NCBI GenBank assembly: GCA_010093815.1
Contig: ML996571.1
Source of the DNA: Pseudovirgaria hyperparasitica
Lineage: Eukaryota
Strand: one strand, 5' to 3'
DNA: 64,000 bases
The translations under genes were made by a program, and so were the position numbers. How positions within the stretch are numbered: the stretch's first letter is position 1; every line of letters begins with the position of its first letter. This document shows, one piece after another, positions 23,519 through 35,447 of the stretch. The notes below the pieces were generated by a model. The model was not told the DNA's origin and searched no databases. It was given only the letters and a program-made list of their open reading frames with translations.

Positions 23519-26047
23519 TCACAATTCAACTTCCTCCTCGCAATGATTATTTCCCGCAGACACCAGTCCTTCGAAATCGAACCACGTCAGTTCATCATAT
23601 TCCATGGCAAGATCATGTGCAAGTTTTCGAGTCACGTAGTTTGGCGACAGAGCGCTCATGCTTGTGTTCAACTGGGTATTGATACGTGATGGCAGTGAGC
23701 CCGAAGGCGGATTCGTGCTCACTGTAGACGGTATTGACGGTAATGAAGCTTTTTTGGAAACATTCGCCTGCGAGAGTCTGCCATTGTTGCGAGCTTTTGA
23801 TGATGTTATTAGTTTTGATGTGCTCGGAGAGCAATTCGGGCCTGAATCAGTTTCGAATATTGCGGCAGGTGCTGCTCTGCTGAAAGGTGAAGATGATACT
23901 AAAAGGGTTGGCGATTCTTTCTCTTGAGACTCTGTCCTATCCCGAAATGACCGTTGCGGTATTTGCGGTTCTAGGAAGGATGGAGAGAGATGAGCCTGGG
24001 TATCAGCACCTGTAGTCGCAGCGATGGAAATGTCCGTGTCCAGACTTTCGGTCTGCAGGTCGTGGAAGATAATCTGTTGCAAGGTGTCATACGAGTGCTC
24101 GTATGGCGGGTCTCTTTCGAATGAGACCAAATCATCGTCGCCCATATTGTCGAGTTGCATCTGTGTGTCACAGGTGGCATATTGCGTGAAATCATACGAA
24201 GGCTCCTCATCATTGCTGCGTAGTGATCCATCATACATCCCGCTTCTTCTGCCTTTTTTAGGTGAAGCAGTACTTTCCTGTGTACTACTGTGTCCGTTGA
24301 CGCTAGATTGAGGTCGATCTTCGCCTTGCGTCTCATCCAGCCGCCGTTTCGTCGATCGAAATCGTTGCATTTCTTGATATCTATCTAGCATCAACTTATC
24401 GTGTTCAAACAAATCTGCAGAGCAAAGATGCCCAAAAAGTGCACGCATGGTCTGAGAAGGATCCCAGGACATCACGTCGATGGTACAAGGGTACACATCT
24501 TTGGGATGAAAAGCTTTCACAAGATCGCAGAGCTCTGTATAGGATGAATGGCGGGAGTAGGGAAATCTGATCGTTGCAGGGAGAGTTGATGAGCCAGCTA
24601 CGCCCGATTGAGGATATTGAAAGTCGGCACTACCATCCCTTCCAGATCCATTGTTGCCTAGAGCGTTGACGAAAGCCTCCAATGGGATGTCAGCTGAATC
24701 TTCGAAGGCGGCTTTGAGTTCATGAAGCGGTATAGATTTATGACCATCTGCTCTCGTTATAGCTGAAAGAACACGCAGCGTTGATTGAAGAAGCTTAGGA
24801 TTACTATCTTGCAAAGTCTGTTGGGCGAACCGAATAAGCTGCTCAAGTGCCTGGGTGTCGTCGATAATCAAGTCGTTTGTCTGGTCCAAATCACCCTGGC
24901 CTCCACCAGCACCGATTTCAGGCACTGGACTACCGCTCTTGGTCCTCGTGACTATGGGTATGATGGTTACAACCCGTTGAGCCTCGTCTTTATCAAAGAT
25001 AGGGCAAGATGAGCCTCGCTCGCAGCTGTGCACCTGGACGACCGGGTCGGAAGTCACGAAACCCTGGGGCTTGTGGTTACCGAGCTCAAAGCCGCAAAAT
25101 TGAGCAGCATCTAAGCAGGGAGGTGCAGTACCCGTTCTAGCTAGCGATCGATATAAGCTCAACCTATACCTATCGAGGTGTATGCGCGAGTTCAAGAAAG
25201 CCGCCAAAGCTGTCCATACGTCCTCGTAGCCAAAGGTCCAAGCGTGGAAATAAAAAATGGTGTCAGGAGGATAGCGTTCGACTTGCTCTAACATCTCTCG
25301 AATGCCTTCAGCCTTCGAGGGGAACTCACGATATATGTTTGAGTTCATGGCAAACGTTGTATCTAGATAGATGCGATCCAGTCGTCGCTTACCCAAGGTA
25401 TAAGGTATTACGACCGGATTTCGGATCAGCGAGTTCACCCACCATGTCTCGGACCTGATGTCGCCAGTATATAGGATTGCACGGTTATTTCCTTCAATCA
25501 GGAACATTACAGCGCCGATGCAATGATTAGCATCCAGGAGTGTTACACGGATGCTATGGCCAAGACATAGCTCGATCTGTGTTGGTGTATTTAAAGGAAT
25601 CGACTTCAACAACCCTTTGAGATGCTTATATGTCTGGACGCGCGATTCGAGGATTTTCTTGTTGAAGTTCATACGAGGTTGATAACGCTCGAGTCGAAGA
25701 AGGATCTACCTACATCAGGAACACGTACTACGCGGAAATGTGAAGGCCAGAGGGCGAAGCAATAGTTTTCATTTAATTCATGCTCTTGCAGTTGCTTTCA
25801 GGACTGCAACTCACCTCTTTAGTCGCAGGTGAGCAGTACACGAACGGAGATCTGAGAGACTCCAGTCCACGCAAGTGGTCAGAGTGGACATGAGAGAGGA
25901 AGCATGCAAGCGGACTAGGGTGGTTGACCTTCTTCCTAAAGTCGTCAATGCGAATTTCGGGAAATTCTGCGATCCGGTCAGCTGCAACTAGATCAACAGC
26001 AACGTGACACCGTACGAACCGGACACGATGCCATCAAATGTAGACAT
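23519..26047 (-). CDS. Artemis/SNM1C-like metallo-beta-lactamase/beta-CASP nuclease, 3 exons
   Basis: MSTFDGIV start. Introns 25967-26019 and 25706-25814. Motifs FLSHVHSDH, DANHCIGAVMF, LYTGDIR, IYLDTTF, FGYE and FPYSRHSSYTEL. Low-complexity C-terminus ending SAGNNHCEEEVEL. Confidence 0.9.
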
Positions 26048-28184
26048 GATATTTAGGGCTGCTGGCCAGCTGCCAGCCTGCGGCCGTGTCGTTGAATGGA
26101 AGTTGAAGGCTCACATGGCAGTGGCACGCGATTGATTGACGCGACGCCCTCGGGAAGAACTCCGGGTAACGCGAGATCACGTGAATCTAATCTTGCCACT
26201 TTATGAGTGCGATCTGACCTTGTAACAATCATTTTGTTTATCTCACTCTCTCTTTATCACGACTCTCGGCGTCATTTCGCCCATTATACAAAGCCTGCAT
26301 CATAGCTTGATGTAATAAATCATGCTGGAGACCGAATTCATCTCTACGCAGCGCCTATACATGTGCTGAGGTACGTGATATGGATAAGCTGTGAGACCTT
26401 GCGTCGCCATAATGAACATGTCTGAGGCAGGTCGATGTCGCATGTTATAGACGCTATTGATAACCCAACAGACAAAACAGAGGCCAATGGTTCTTATGAT
26501 CCAGGCGGGTCGTCACGCAGAGTGGGGGCCTGAGGACAGACCATCAAGGCCGCGACATGCCTATTACTTACCTTCGGCTTCGGGCATGTGGCACGCTGGC
26601 TGACCGGAAGGAAAATTATTGCGACTTGCGAGTGGCAACCTGACTTTTCTCCTGCATTCGTTCGTTCGGGCGCTCAAACGTGTCAAAGACGAACAAGACG
26701 TCTGCCATCAGTCTCCACTGTCACGAACAGGCATGATGCCGTCGGGTACCTAGTACATGTCTCAGAGTCACCAGCCTCGTTCAGCTTTCTGGCAATTTTG
26801 CAGGTCAGATGGCAAATGGCTGCCACAAGCTTGAATGGAGATGGGTGTTCTCCACCACACAGTCCACGATACCTTTGAATCACGTCGAGAGGCGGACCTG
26901 GTCATTCCACCAGGAGGCGGCATGATATGGATTGCAGCAGTGTCCGGCGCTGATAATTCGCCGACGATAGGCGCACATCAGAGAGTGCGACACTGCACAC
27001 GATGCACGAGCAGACGGGCCAGTTGGGTTGGTTGAAGGAGTCAAGGTAAGTCAAAGCATATCATCTTGCTGACGAGGCGAGATAGGTAGGATGTAGTTTG
27101 TGGAGGGAGTGGGTGTGGACGAGTGAGTTGTCTTTCGGCTTGTCCGCTTAGGTCTCGGTCTTCCTGGCTGGGGCGCTGGTAGCCAATCTCCTGGTCGCGG
27201 CCGGCCGATGCTGATGATGCCCTGGCAGACGCGGCAGGTGTACTGCATACGAGAAGCCTGACAGCGACAACATCAGCGGCGAAAGAGGAATAGCAAGATG
27301 CAGCAGGAGGACTAAGGGGCGCCAACAGGACGTGGAATGTTTGGCGGTGAGGACAACTTGATAAGAGGTGAGCAAGTGAGCAAGTGAGTAAGTGTGTGAT
27401 GTGCTTGCTGCATGCCACAATGCACAACAAGGTCGTCGACAATCTATCAATTGGTAGCTAGCGTCAGGGTTCCCGGCCTGCTTTAGCCTTGGAGGGCGCC
27501 AACTAGGGCCATCCATGCCTGCTTTCCACCCATAACAAGCCAAATTCCCGTCTTTCGAACGTTATTGTCCTTTATTACAACAACCACAGCTGCGACTACT
27601 TCGTCCATCCACTTCTTCCTCTCTGTCTTCTGCTGCTCGTCCTGCGAATGCTTTCCTCTACCTGAATGTTCGATGTCGATATCCCGTACGTCTGTCCACT
27701 GATCATCACACGTCAACTCGCCAATCTGCCGTTCTCGACCGGGTCGTTAAGTAACTAATTGTCCACTTGACGGGCAGCCCTACACCCCAACCAGCGTAGG
27801 ATAGCGAGCAGCGTACCTGGCTTGGAAACTCGCCTCGACACTGACACGCTGGTCTCACATTCTCACGCTTCACTTCCTGCTACTGCTTTTGACTCAATCA
27901 ACACCGTTCTTTCTCGCCATCGCCTCTTCGCTCTCTCCTGTAATTCTACCTTAATCACAAGTCGGGTCTCGTCTACTCAATACGCCGCATCGTGACTTCC
28001 CGCAGTCTCTTACCGGTCTCACTCTACGAAGCTTAACCCGTCGGGACCTCCTCATTCGAAAACCCTTGGCCGGGCCAATCCTTTCGCTTCCGCCTTCACT
28101 CCACCAGTCGACGCCTCTGATAACTCCAGTCCTCCTAGATTGTCCGCAGTCCTTCAACTCTGTATATCGATTGATAATTTCGCC

Positions 28185-28943
28185 ATGCATCGAACGCAAC
28201 CCCTTGCCGCTCTTGTCTATCAACATATCTTTCCAGTTCGTCGCCCCGATGACCCCGCAAACTTTTCCATGCACCTCAGTAAAAACCTTGTCGGTGAAGT
28301 TCGAATCGAGACTGCGACCTTCTACGGTTCGCTCGATTCTGTTGAAGCGCGATATCCTGGTCTAAATTACTCACATCCACCTCATCGCAAACGACTCGGT
28401 CGATTTCCTCATCATGCTCGCCTGTTCCAGGCTTTTGATGAACTTGGTCTGACACCATCAGAAATTGCAGGATTCTGTCGATGGGAAGGTACATTATGGG
28501 CGAGGGAGCGTTACGAGCGCGATGAAGGAATCAAGGTTATGGACACAACAGCACAAGAGATTGGACCATGGGTAGATAACCGTAACAAGCGGTCGCAAAA
28601 GAGCGGAATCAATGTCAAGACAGATATCGAGGTCGAGATCATGCCCGCTCAAACGGCGGAGGTTGCAGAGGACGAGACGATGGAGGACAACGATGACGAA
28701 CACAATGAGGTAATGAGTGAAGCTGAAGACGAAACTGCGGACGATGTATTCCCTCAGGACGTGCATCGTGGGACCCGCTCTGCGCAGATCGACGCAGAAC
28801 ATGCAGAATGGGAGCAGTACATGAAGGACCAGCAAGAAAGGGAACGCCGCGAATTAGCTGGAGAAATTGTGCGAGCTCGTCAAACTGGTGATATCGTCTT
28901 CCAGCAGAGATTTGTTGCCAGGGGACCCCCAACCGCGTCATGA
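28185..28943 (+). CDS. Fungal hypothetical protein, probably conserved (acidic C-terminal half)
   Basis: 252-aa ORF in good start context (GCCATG). Globular-looking N-terminal domain (EVRIETATFYG..EARYPGLNY..HRKRLGRFPHH..CRWEGTLWARERYE). Long pyrimidine-rich leader. Function not recognised. Confidence 0.8.
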   Translation: MHRTQPLAALVYQHIFPVRRPDDPANFSMHLSKNLVGEVRIETATFYGSLDSVEARYPGLNYSHPPHRKRLGRFPHHARLFQAFDELGLTPSEIAGFCRWEGTLWARERYERDEGIKVMDTTAQEIGPWVDNRNKRSQKSGINVKTDIEVEIMPAQTAEVAEDETMEDNDDEHNEVMSEAEDETADDVFPQDVHRGTRSAQIDAEHAEWEQYMKDQQERERRELAGEIVRARQTGDIVFQQRFVARGPPTAS

Positions 28944-29808
28944 TTTTCCTACGGCAACGTTCTCCTTTCCGTCTACATACCCGTCGTTCGAGGCTTAGCC
29001 GTTCAAATGGCTGTCAAGTGTGGGAAAAGCGTGAAAAGCTTATGTCTTCCAGGAACAGCTCCTCCTGTGGCGTTTTTTTGGGAGCGATGGGGTCGCATAG
29101 CGTTGATGTCTGAGTGCTCACTCGCACTCTGTAAAATCTATTTGATTCAACGAGGGAGCAATAATTGTTAGATGAAGCTGCGTCATTGCGTTCTGTACAT
29201 AATTGGCTGACTGACGGCGCAAATAGACCAAAGATTCAATTCTAGTTTAGCTTCTGTTCATGCAGCCCGTACATTCTATATAAACATGATACATATATCG
29301 TGCTGAATTATTTGCTGCATGAATATAGAGGTGTGGTGAGTAGCAAACTTACCTGCGCGGCAAGCGCTGTCAGAGGTGATACTTCTAGGAATGTGAAACC
29401 AGTAACTGCGATGTTGCTATTACTTCTTCACTTTGAGAAGTTCTTCTCCTACGTATATGACTCAATCCTTTGTTTGTTGTTCTGGTACGCTATTGAGTTT
29501 ACATTGTGAACAGCTGCACGCAGTGTTGTGGACTAGCCACCATGCCGAGCCCCTCAGCTAGGCGGCCGTCCCTCATCAAGACGCCCGCCGATGACCCGCT
29601 GTTGAAGCTCTACATTCCACCTTCACCCACAAATATTTCAGCACCTGAATCTCTCAAACGTCTGGCCGATATCCTCGAAGGCTTCCACATATTCAAAATC
29701 GTGCCAGAAACCAAAGCCATCAGCGAGGACGAAATAAAATCTCTCAAACAAGCCGCTTGTCCATTACAGCGTGGATCCTTCTTGAACAAGTCAGGGAAAT
29801 CATACACA

Positions 29809-30666
29809 ATGGAGCAATCGAAAGCTTTGAATGCCTTGGAGCCGTTCCTTGCGCTCAGCAAAGCTGCAAATTCACCGCGGGCGGCGGCGGATGTGGTCAT
29901 GCAGGCCACAGGTGCTAAAGATACTTATGTGTTTGCGGAGCTATTGCAGATGCCGAATATTTTGAAGCTGGGTGATAGCGAGCTGAAGTCACATCTAAAA
30001 CTGCTGCAAATATTTGCTTGGGGTAGCTGGTCAGATTATGTCGGTAAGTACTCGCGCTTAGACGTCAAACATTGAAGTAGTCCATGTGAGCGTCCCTGAC
30101 TGAATGCTCACTTAACTCCAGCGAACCAAGATACGCTTCCAAAGCTATCCGAAGCCCAGACGAAAAAGCTGAAGCTTCTCTCCCTCATATCACTATCCAC
30201 ATCACACGAATCTCTCAAATATCCTGCCCTCCAGGCATCGCTCGACCTCCCTTCACAGCGTGCTCTCGAATCACATATCACAGACGCCATATACGCCGGC
30301 CTGGTTACAGGCACTATGGATCCCCTTCACCAACTCGTACACATAACTTCGGTTGCTCCACTTCGTGATCTCGCACCCGGTAGCGTTCCACAGCTCCAGA
30401 AGTCTCTTGCGGCATGGAGTACACGATGTGAGGATGCGCTGAAAGAACTAGATATTCAGGCTGCTCATATCAGGAGCCAAGCAAAGATCCGAGAGGACAG
30501 GAGAAGGCAACGAGAGGCACAAGTTAAGGCCGCTATGGAAAAGGACGACAAGAAGGGTGCAGAGGACGATGTGATGGACTTGGATGATGATGGAACTGGA
30601 AAGAAAGGGCACCGAAGTGGAAAAGGCATCATGGGTGGCATGGGAAGATTGGGTGGCAAACGCTGA
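29809..30666 (+). CDS. CSN7: COP9 signalosome subunit 7 (PCI domain)
   Basis: MEQSKALNALEPFLALSK..SPRAAADVVMQAT..YVFAELL..LLQIFAWG. Intron 30044-30121, then KKLKLLSL..RALE..ITDAIYAGLVTG..VAPLRDL and a coiled-coil tail. An upstream in-frame ATG exists at 29542. Confidence 0.9.
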
Positions 30667-31247
30667 AGTATAAGGAGTGAAACTGGAAATACCCTAAACC
30701 GGGAAGGCCAAGGTCTCTCACCCTGCAACAACTGAGTGCATGCCTTGAGCGATCATTCACAAGAAGCATGAACTACATATGCCATAATGTAAGGTAATGA
30801 AAAGACCTGAAAGACCCATTGGGAAGAGCGAGTAACGTTATATGTGTCTGGCTAGACAACATGACTCGCACAACCTCCGCCGTTGCATTAGATGCATCTG
30901 ATAGTCACGTTCGCAAGCTACTCTTGGGGTCTCGATATTGTACTACATATACGCAGCAATATACGAAAGCCAGCCGACTAACGAAGCCACAATGACCGTT
31001 CATCACTGTACCGCCTCATTGTACCCTCCAGGCAAGCTGGTCATTCGCATACACTTATAGAGGCTACGACGAGCTCAAGTGTGGCAGCTAGTCCGGCAGG
31101 TGACAGCGAACCTATTCTTAACGAGGGTTTCTCAAGCGTCCAGCTGTATTATATGTACTATACGAGTCGGCTATTATACCATATATCTAAGCCGTCTTAC
31201 TAAGTAATACAGAACAAACTTAAAGCACGTGTATATCCGTCGCCCGT

Positions 31248-31580
31248 GAGGTCAAAATCAGTCAAAATCAATCAAAAACACGTGTAATCAGTGTTGTTTT
31301 GAAGCCTGCGAGGTCAAAATCAGTCAAAATCAGTCAAAAAACACGTGTAATCAGTGTTGTTTTAAAGCCTGCGAGGTCAAAATCAGTCAAAATCAGTCAA
31401 AAAACACGTGTAATCAGTGTTGTTTTGAAGCCTGCGAGGTCAAAATCAGTCAAAATCAGTTAAAAACACGTGTAATCAGTGTTGTTTTGAAGCCTATAAG
31501 GTCAAAATCAGTCAAAAATACGTGTAATTAGTATTATTTTAAAGCCTATAAGGTCAAAATTAGTTAAAAACACGTATAAT
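31248..31580 (+). repeat. Tandem array of ~5.5 copies of a 52-63 bp unit inside the MITE
   Basis: Unit GAGGTCAAAATCAGTCAAAATCAGTCAAAAAACACGTGTAATCAGTGTTGTTTTGAAGCCTGC, starting at 31248, 31310, 31373, 31436, 31498 and ~31550. Each unit contains nested GTCAAAATCA 10-mers. Confidence 0.95.
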
Positions 31581-31642
31581 AGAGAGAGGGGGAGGGAGGA
31601 AGAGAGGGAGAGAGAGGGAGAGAGAGAGAGAAGAAGAAGAGG
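31581..31642 (+). repeat. GA-rich polypurine tract inside the MITE
   Basis: Uninterrupted purines AGAGAGAGGGGGAGGGAGGAAGAG...GAAGAAGAAGAGG. Confidence 0.9.
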
Positions 31643-33388
31643 CGGATAGAAGGGTAGCGGATATTACTTCGGCTAAACTATTAACTACATGATTACTTAG
31701 TAAGTCTTTGTTTTGAACGTTTAGAACACTAAAATACACTGGACGCTTGCGAAACCCTCATTCTTAACTAGTCTACGTCACAAAGCCACTTAGGTAGCGT
31801 GGAACCCTCCGCTCATTTGGCATGTATATAAAACAACCCTTCCGTCCAATCGCTCTGCTTGACTTTCCTCCCCAACTATCGACTTATCATCGATTGTTTG
31901 GCTTCAAGACGGAACCATTCAATGTGTTCTGCCCCTTCCTCGATGACTGTGACTCTCTGCACGTGTTCTTTACGCTCTTTCCTACGTGTAAAAGCAGTAC
32001 GTAAGTAGCCGTGTATGCACAGTATGCGCGAGACAGTGATGATGTATGGGGCCGGGATAGGAAGATGATGATCATTGGAATGGCTTTCGTATATATCTTC
32101 CTGCAACGTTGCTTATTCAATGTGCAAGTGTGCTCTGCTTCAAGCACTCCTCTTGCTCATGGAGTTTACTGTGACGCGAGACAGGACCGCGTACACTTCA
32201 TTTGCACGGCAAATGTGTTGTGGTGGATATTAATATGGGGTGATGCTGATAGTCAGTATCATGAATCAAGACTAAACTTCGTGGAAAGGGTATCTATATC
32301 TGTTTGTACTGAGTCTAGGCGTGCGCTACTATAAGTAGCATACGCGGCAAGTGTGTCTAGTCCGGCTTCCGCGAATCTGCCCGTTCTATATAACATGCCG
32401 TCCATATCCGCGTGTAGTTATGTCTTTTGCTTTCGATATGTCCAGCTTCTATCGATCGCTGCATTACTTTCTTCAATGGCTTTCAGACTCACTGTGCCCT
32501 GTGGTGCGGACAGTGTAGCTTGACTAGTTCTTGGGACAGATTGTGTGTTACAGGGAAAAGTCTATGAGGTATAATGGTGACATGATTCGGTGGAGTGTAA
32601 TGATTAGTATAGGTAGCTGACGGCTATTCTCCTTGTTTGTTGATAAACTACCTACATTTCCTCTTGTGTGTTATGTCGTGAGATATTCAGGGGCTGCGAC
32701 CTGTCTGGTGTCTCACTTGACAACCACATTCTGCCTCAAGTTATCAGTCCTCACAGGGATATATCCAATTATACTTCACTTCTAATGTTGACCCACGACG
32801 TTGCGCTCAGCTTACCCGGCACTTGCATATTGTATATATTTCATACAAGTGCCCTTAGGGAGTCGACGAATCTTAAAGTTCTTTCTTACATGCCTCCACC
32901 GTAACCGAAGCAATGTGTGGCTCTTTTGGGTTACTAGTCGAGGGAAATACCTATGAAGTGACTTGAATTGCTCTTGCCATTTCCTTGACAATGAATGGGC
33001 TCCTGTTAATCGGCTGTTTTGATGATGATGTTCGTTGCTGGGGAATGGTGATGATGGTACAATTCGAGAGCTTCGTCTTTCACAAGAATAGTGTTTTGCT
33101 CTTTAGACTAGTCATTAGAGCAGCCAGGATGAATTGCTCTCTGTGTTATTGCTGAATTAGATTTTGAGTTGCTTTATTGCGGCCCAGCTGTTTCACGATC
33201 TTCACGACTCAAGTTTCCGCATTTTGTACTCCTCTTAGCTTTGGCTTTCCTATTATACGAAGCCTCGACAACTTTGACTATGCGGACTAAGACTTGTGAG
33301 GCGACGTTGAACTAGCGATTGCGCAGTTGAGAGCAAGTCACATTACTTCAGATGCATGAATTCGAATTCAATAGAGTCAATAGGGGTA

Positions 33389-34631
33389 CTACAAAATGAG
33401 CGCCGCCACTAATGCGTCTAATGCTGCGCTCTGTGTGCTTGCGTTTACCGGATTCACAATTGGACCGGTCCAAGACACGCTAAACTTGTTCTCGCTGTCT
33501 CGATCACTATTCCACAGACTGTTGGCGGAGCTCTGAATGACTTGAGCGTAGAGATCCTTTGGTCTTGCAGCGTGTAGCAATTGCAGGTTGCGCATGAAGA
33601 TACCCTTGAATTGCGTTCCGTCCGGTGCACAATCTGGCTCACATGGCTCGTGGAGGACATGATTCACATCGGTTAGATTTCTGATTGCGGCCGCGGCGAT
33701 GCTGTCTGCCGAGTCCAGATAGGTGGTGTGCGAGGCTCGATTCAGTTCAACGAGACCACCCAGAATGACACCCTATATCATGTTAGTACTTGTGTGCATA
33801 TTATCTCTGAGCATTATTGACCTGATTGTAACTCCAAACCGGCTGTCCGTTGTCATAGCAGCCATCCCGACCATAGTTTAAACCATCGTTGAATACACCA
33901 TCACTGTTGATCATTCCACTGCGTTGGAGCCAGTCCCATTGTTTCCTTGCCCAATCGACATAGTACTGCTTATCTGCCGCACGATTTGCCAAATGTGCTG
34001 CTGTGTCGAGAAACAGCTCGTTCGATATCGCGTTCACGTAAGTGTAATTCTGATTCCATGGTATGCCACCGTCGCTGCAATTCGTTGGCCACGCTTTGCT
34101 GGTGCTTTGAAAAATACCCTCTGCAGTCGCAAGGTAGTCCGAATTCCCCGAAACATCGTAAGCTGCGATCCATGCTAATGCCCACCACAGATCATCGTCG
34201 TAGTATCCATCTAGCCAGAGACTGGGGTCAACTTGACCTGCTTTTCCCGTACGTGAATCAGGATTCACAATCAGCCAGTTATCGGGGTACAGAGTCTTCA
34301 CTTGTTCATCATGATTGACTTTCTCAACACCAGGAAGTGGATTGACGGCCGGTGCGCGGACGTAAGTGTTACTGAAGACGTCGTTCGCCGTCTGCGCTAC
34401 AGAGGGGTCGAGCATCGCAAAGTCAGCCAGGACTGTCATGCAATTTGCGCCGTTCCACCAGCCGCAGCTGTCCCAGATACCGCTGTCTCTGTTGTACCAA
34501 GTCTGTAAAGCGTCAAGAGCCACACGGGCACGAGTGGAGGCACCATCTTGTGCAAGGATTGGGGATACTATGATAGAAGAAAGTGAAAGTAATGCCAGAT
34601 AACTAGCAGTTAATGATGAGTGTGAAGCCAT
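33389..34631 (-). CDS. Secreted glycoside hydrolase family 76 (alpha-1,6-mannanase-like)
   Basis: Signal peptide followed by GWWNGAN, the catalytic YYDDDLWW motif, GGIPW, NAISNELF, SGMIN and WSYNQ|GVILGGL (intron 33773-33821), then QFKGIFMRNL. Confidence 0.92.
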
Positions 34632-35447
34632 ACTGGCAATATCTGGAGAAATCAAAAGATGCGCACTGGATACAAAGAAAGTGTGGCTGCATCGCTCCTG
34701 ACATCCAGAATCCCTCATATACTCCGCAACTCCGCAAGTGCAATATGCAGGAGAGCCTCACACGTTTAGGTTTTGGAGGCACCTAGGCCGAGCGTAGAAG
34801 GTGCATGGAAGGTAACACACATTTGAATCACGATGACACAGCTAACCACTGCCTTCAGTCTATATCATACCCTGCTAGGAGAGAAGGTTGTGACGATCGA
34901 CGAGGGTTGCTTTGTACCCCTCCAGTCACCTACCCGTCTCTTAGCAGGCCTTTCCACATGTGTTGTGGAGCACAACAGAAGTAAGACAATTAGCTCTAGT
35001 TTACGAACTCTGTCTTAGGACATCGACTTCAAGTTACGAATACTAGTCAGATAGACCCTTACTAGATCTGTGTATTCGTGGTAGTCCGAGGGTTGATCAT
35101 AAGAGGCCTAATAGTATCTCAAAGTCAAGATTTTCTTACAGAACCAAGAGTTAGTTGTGATGAGTCTGATATAGTCACCCGTACTGATTGAAAAGGGGGT
35201 TCAGTAGTATAAGATTCAATTCGCGGCTCTGATGTATCTAAAACGATGAAAGTCCTCTTCGGACACACCCAGATACCGATTCATCCATACCATGCAATGC
35301 TGCGATATTCCGACGCCCTCGTAATGACATGCTACCATGACCAAATCCGTAGACCCCAGCACCCACTCGCCATAATAATACACCGTTGTCCGACGATCAC
35401 ACACGCTCCTCATGACTCCTGGGTAACACATTAATCTATACATCCTT

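Larger units (their letters stand above)
31123..31759. mobile_element. Non-autonomous Mutator-like DNA transposon (MITE), 637 bp
   Basis: Left end GAGGGTTTCTCAAGCGTCCAG versus reverse complement of the right end GAGGGTTTCGCAAGCGTCCAG (20/21 match). Subterminal inverted 13-mer CTTACTAAGTAAT at 31196-31208 and 31692-31704. Perfect 9-bp TSD ATTCTTAAC at 31114-31122 and 31760-31768. No transposase ORF. Confidence 0.9.

Noticed and set aside
26563..26600. ACTTACCT as the 5' end of U1 snRNA
   Set aside because: The downstream sequence shows no U1 stem-loops or Sm site; it is more simply a minus-strand splice donor.
31248..31580. Repeat array as a CRISPR
   Set aside because: Units are contiguous with no unique spacers, the context is eukaryotic, there are no cas genes, and the array lies inside a TIR/TSD element.
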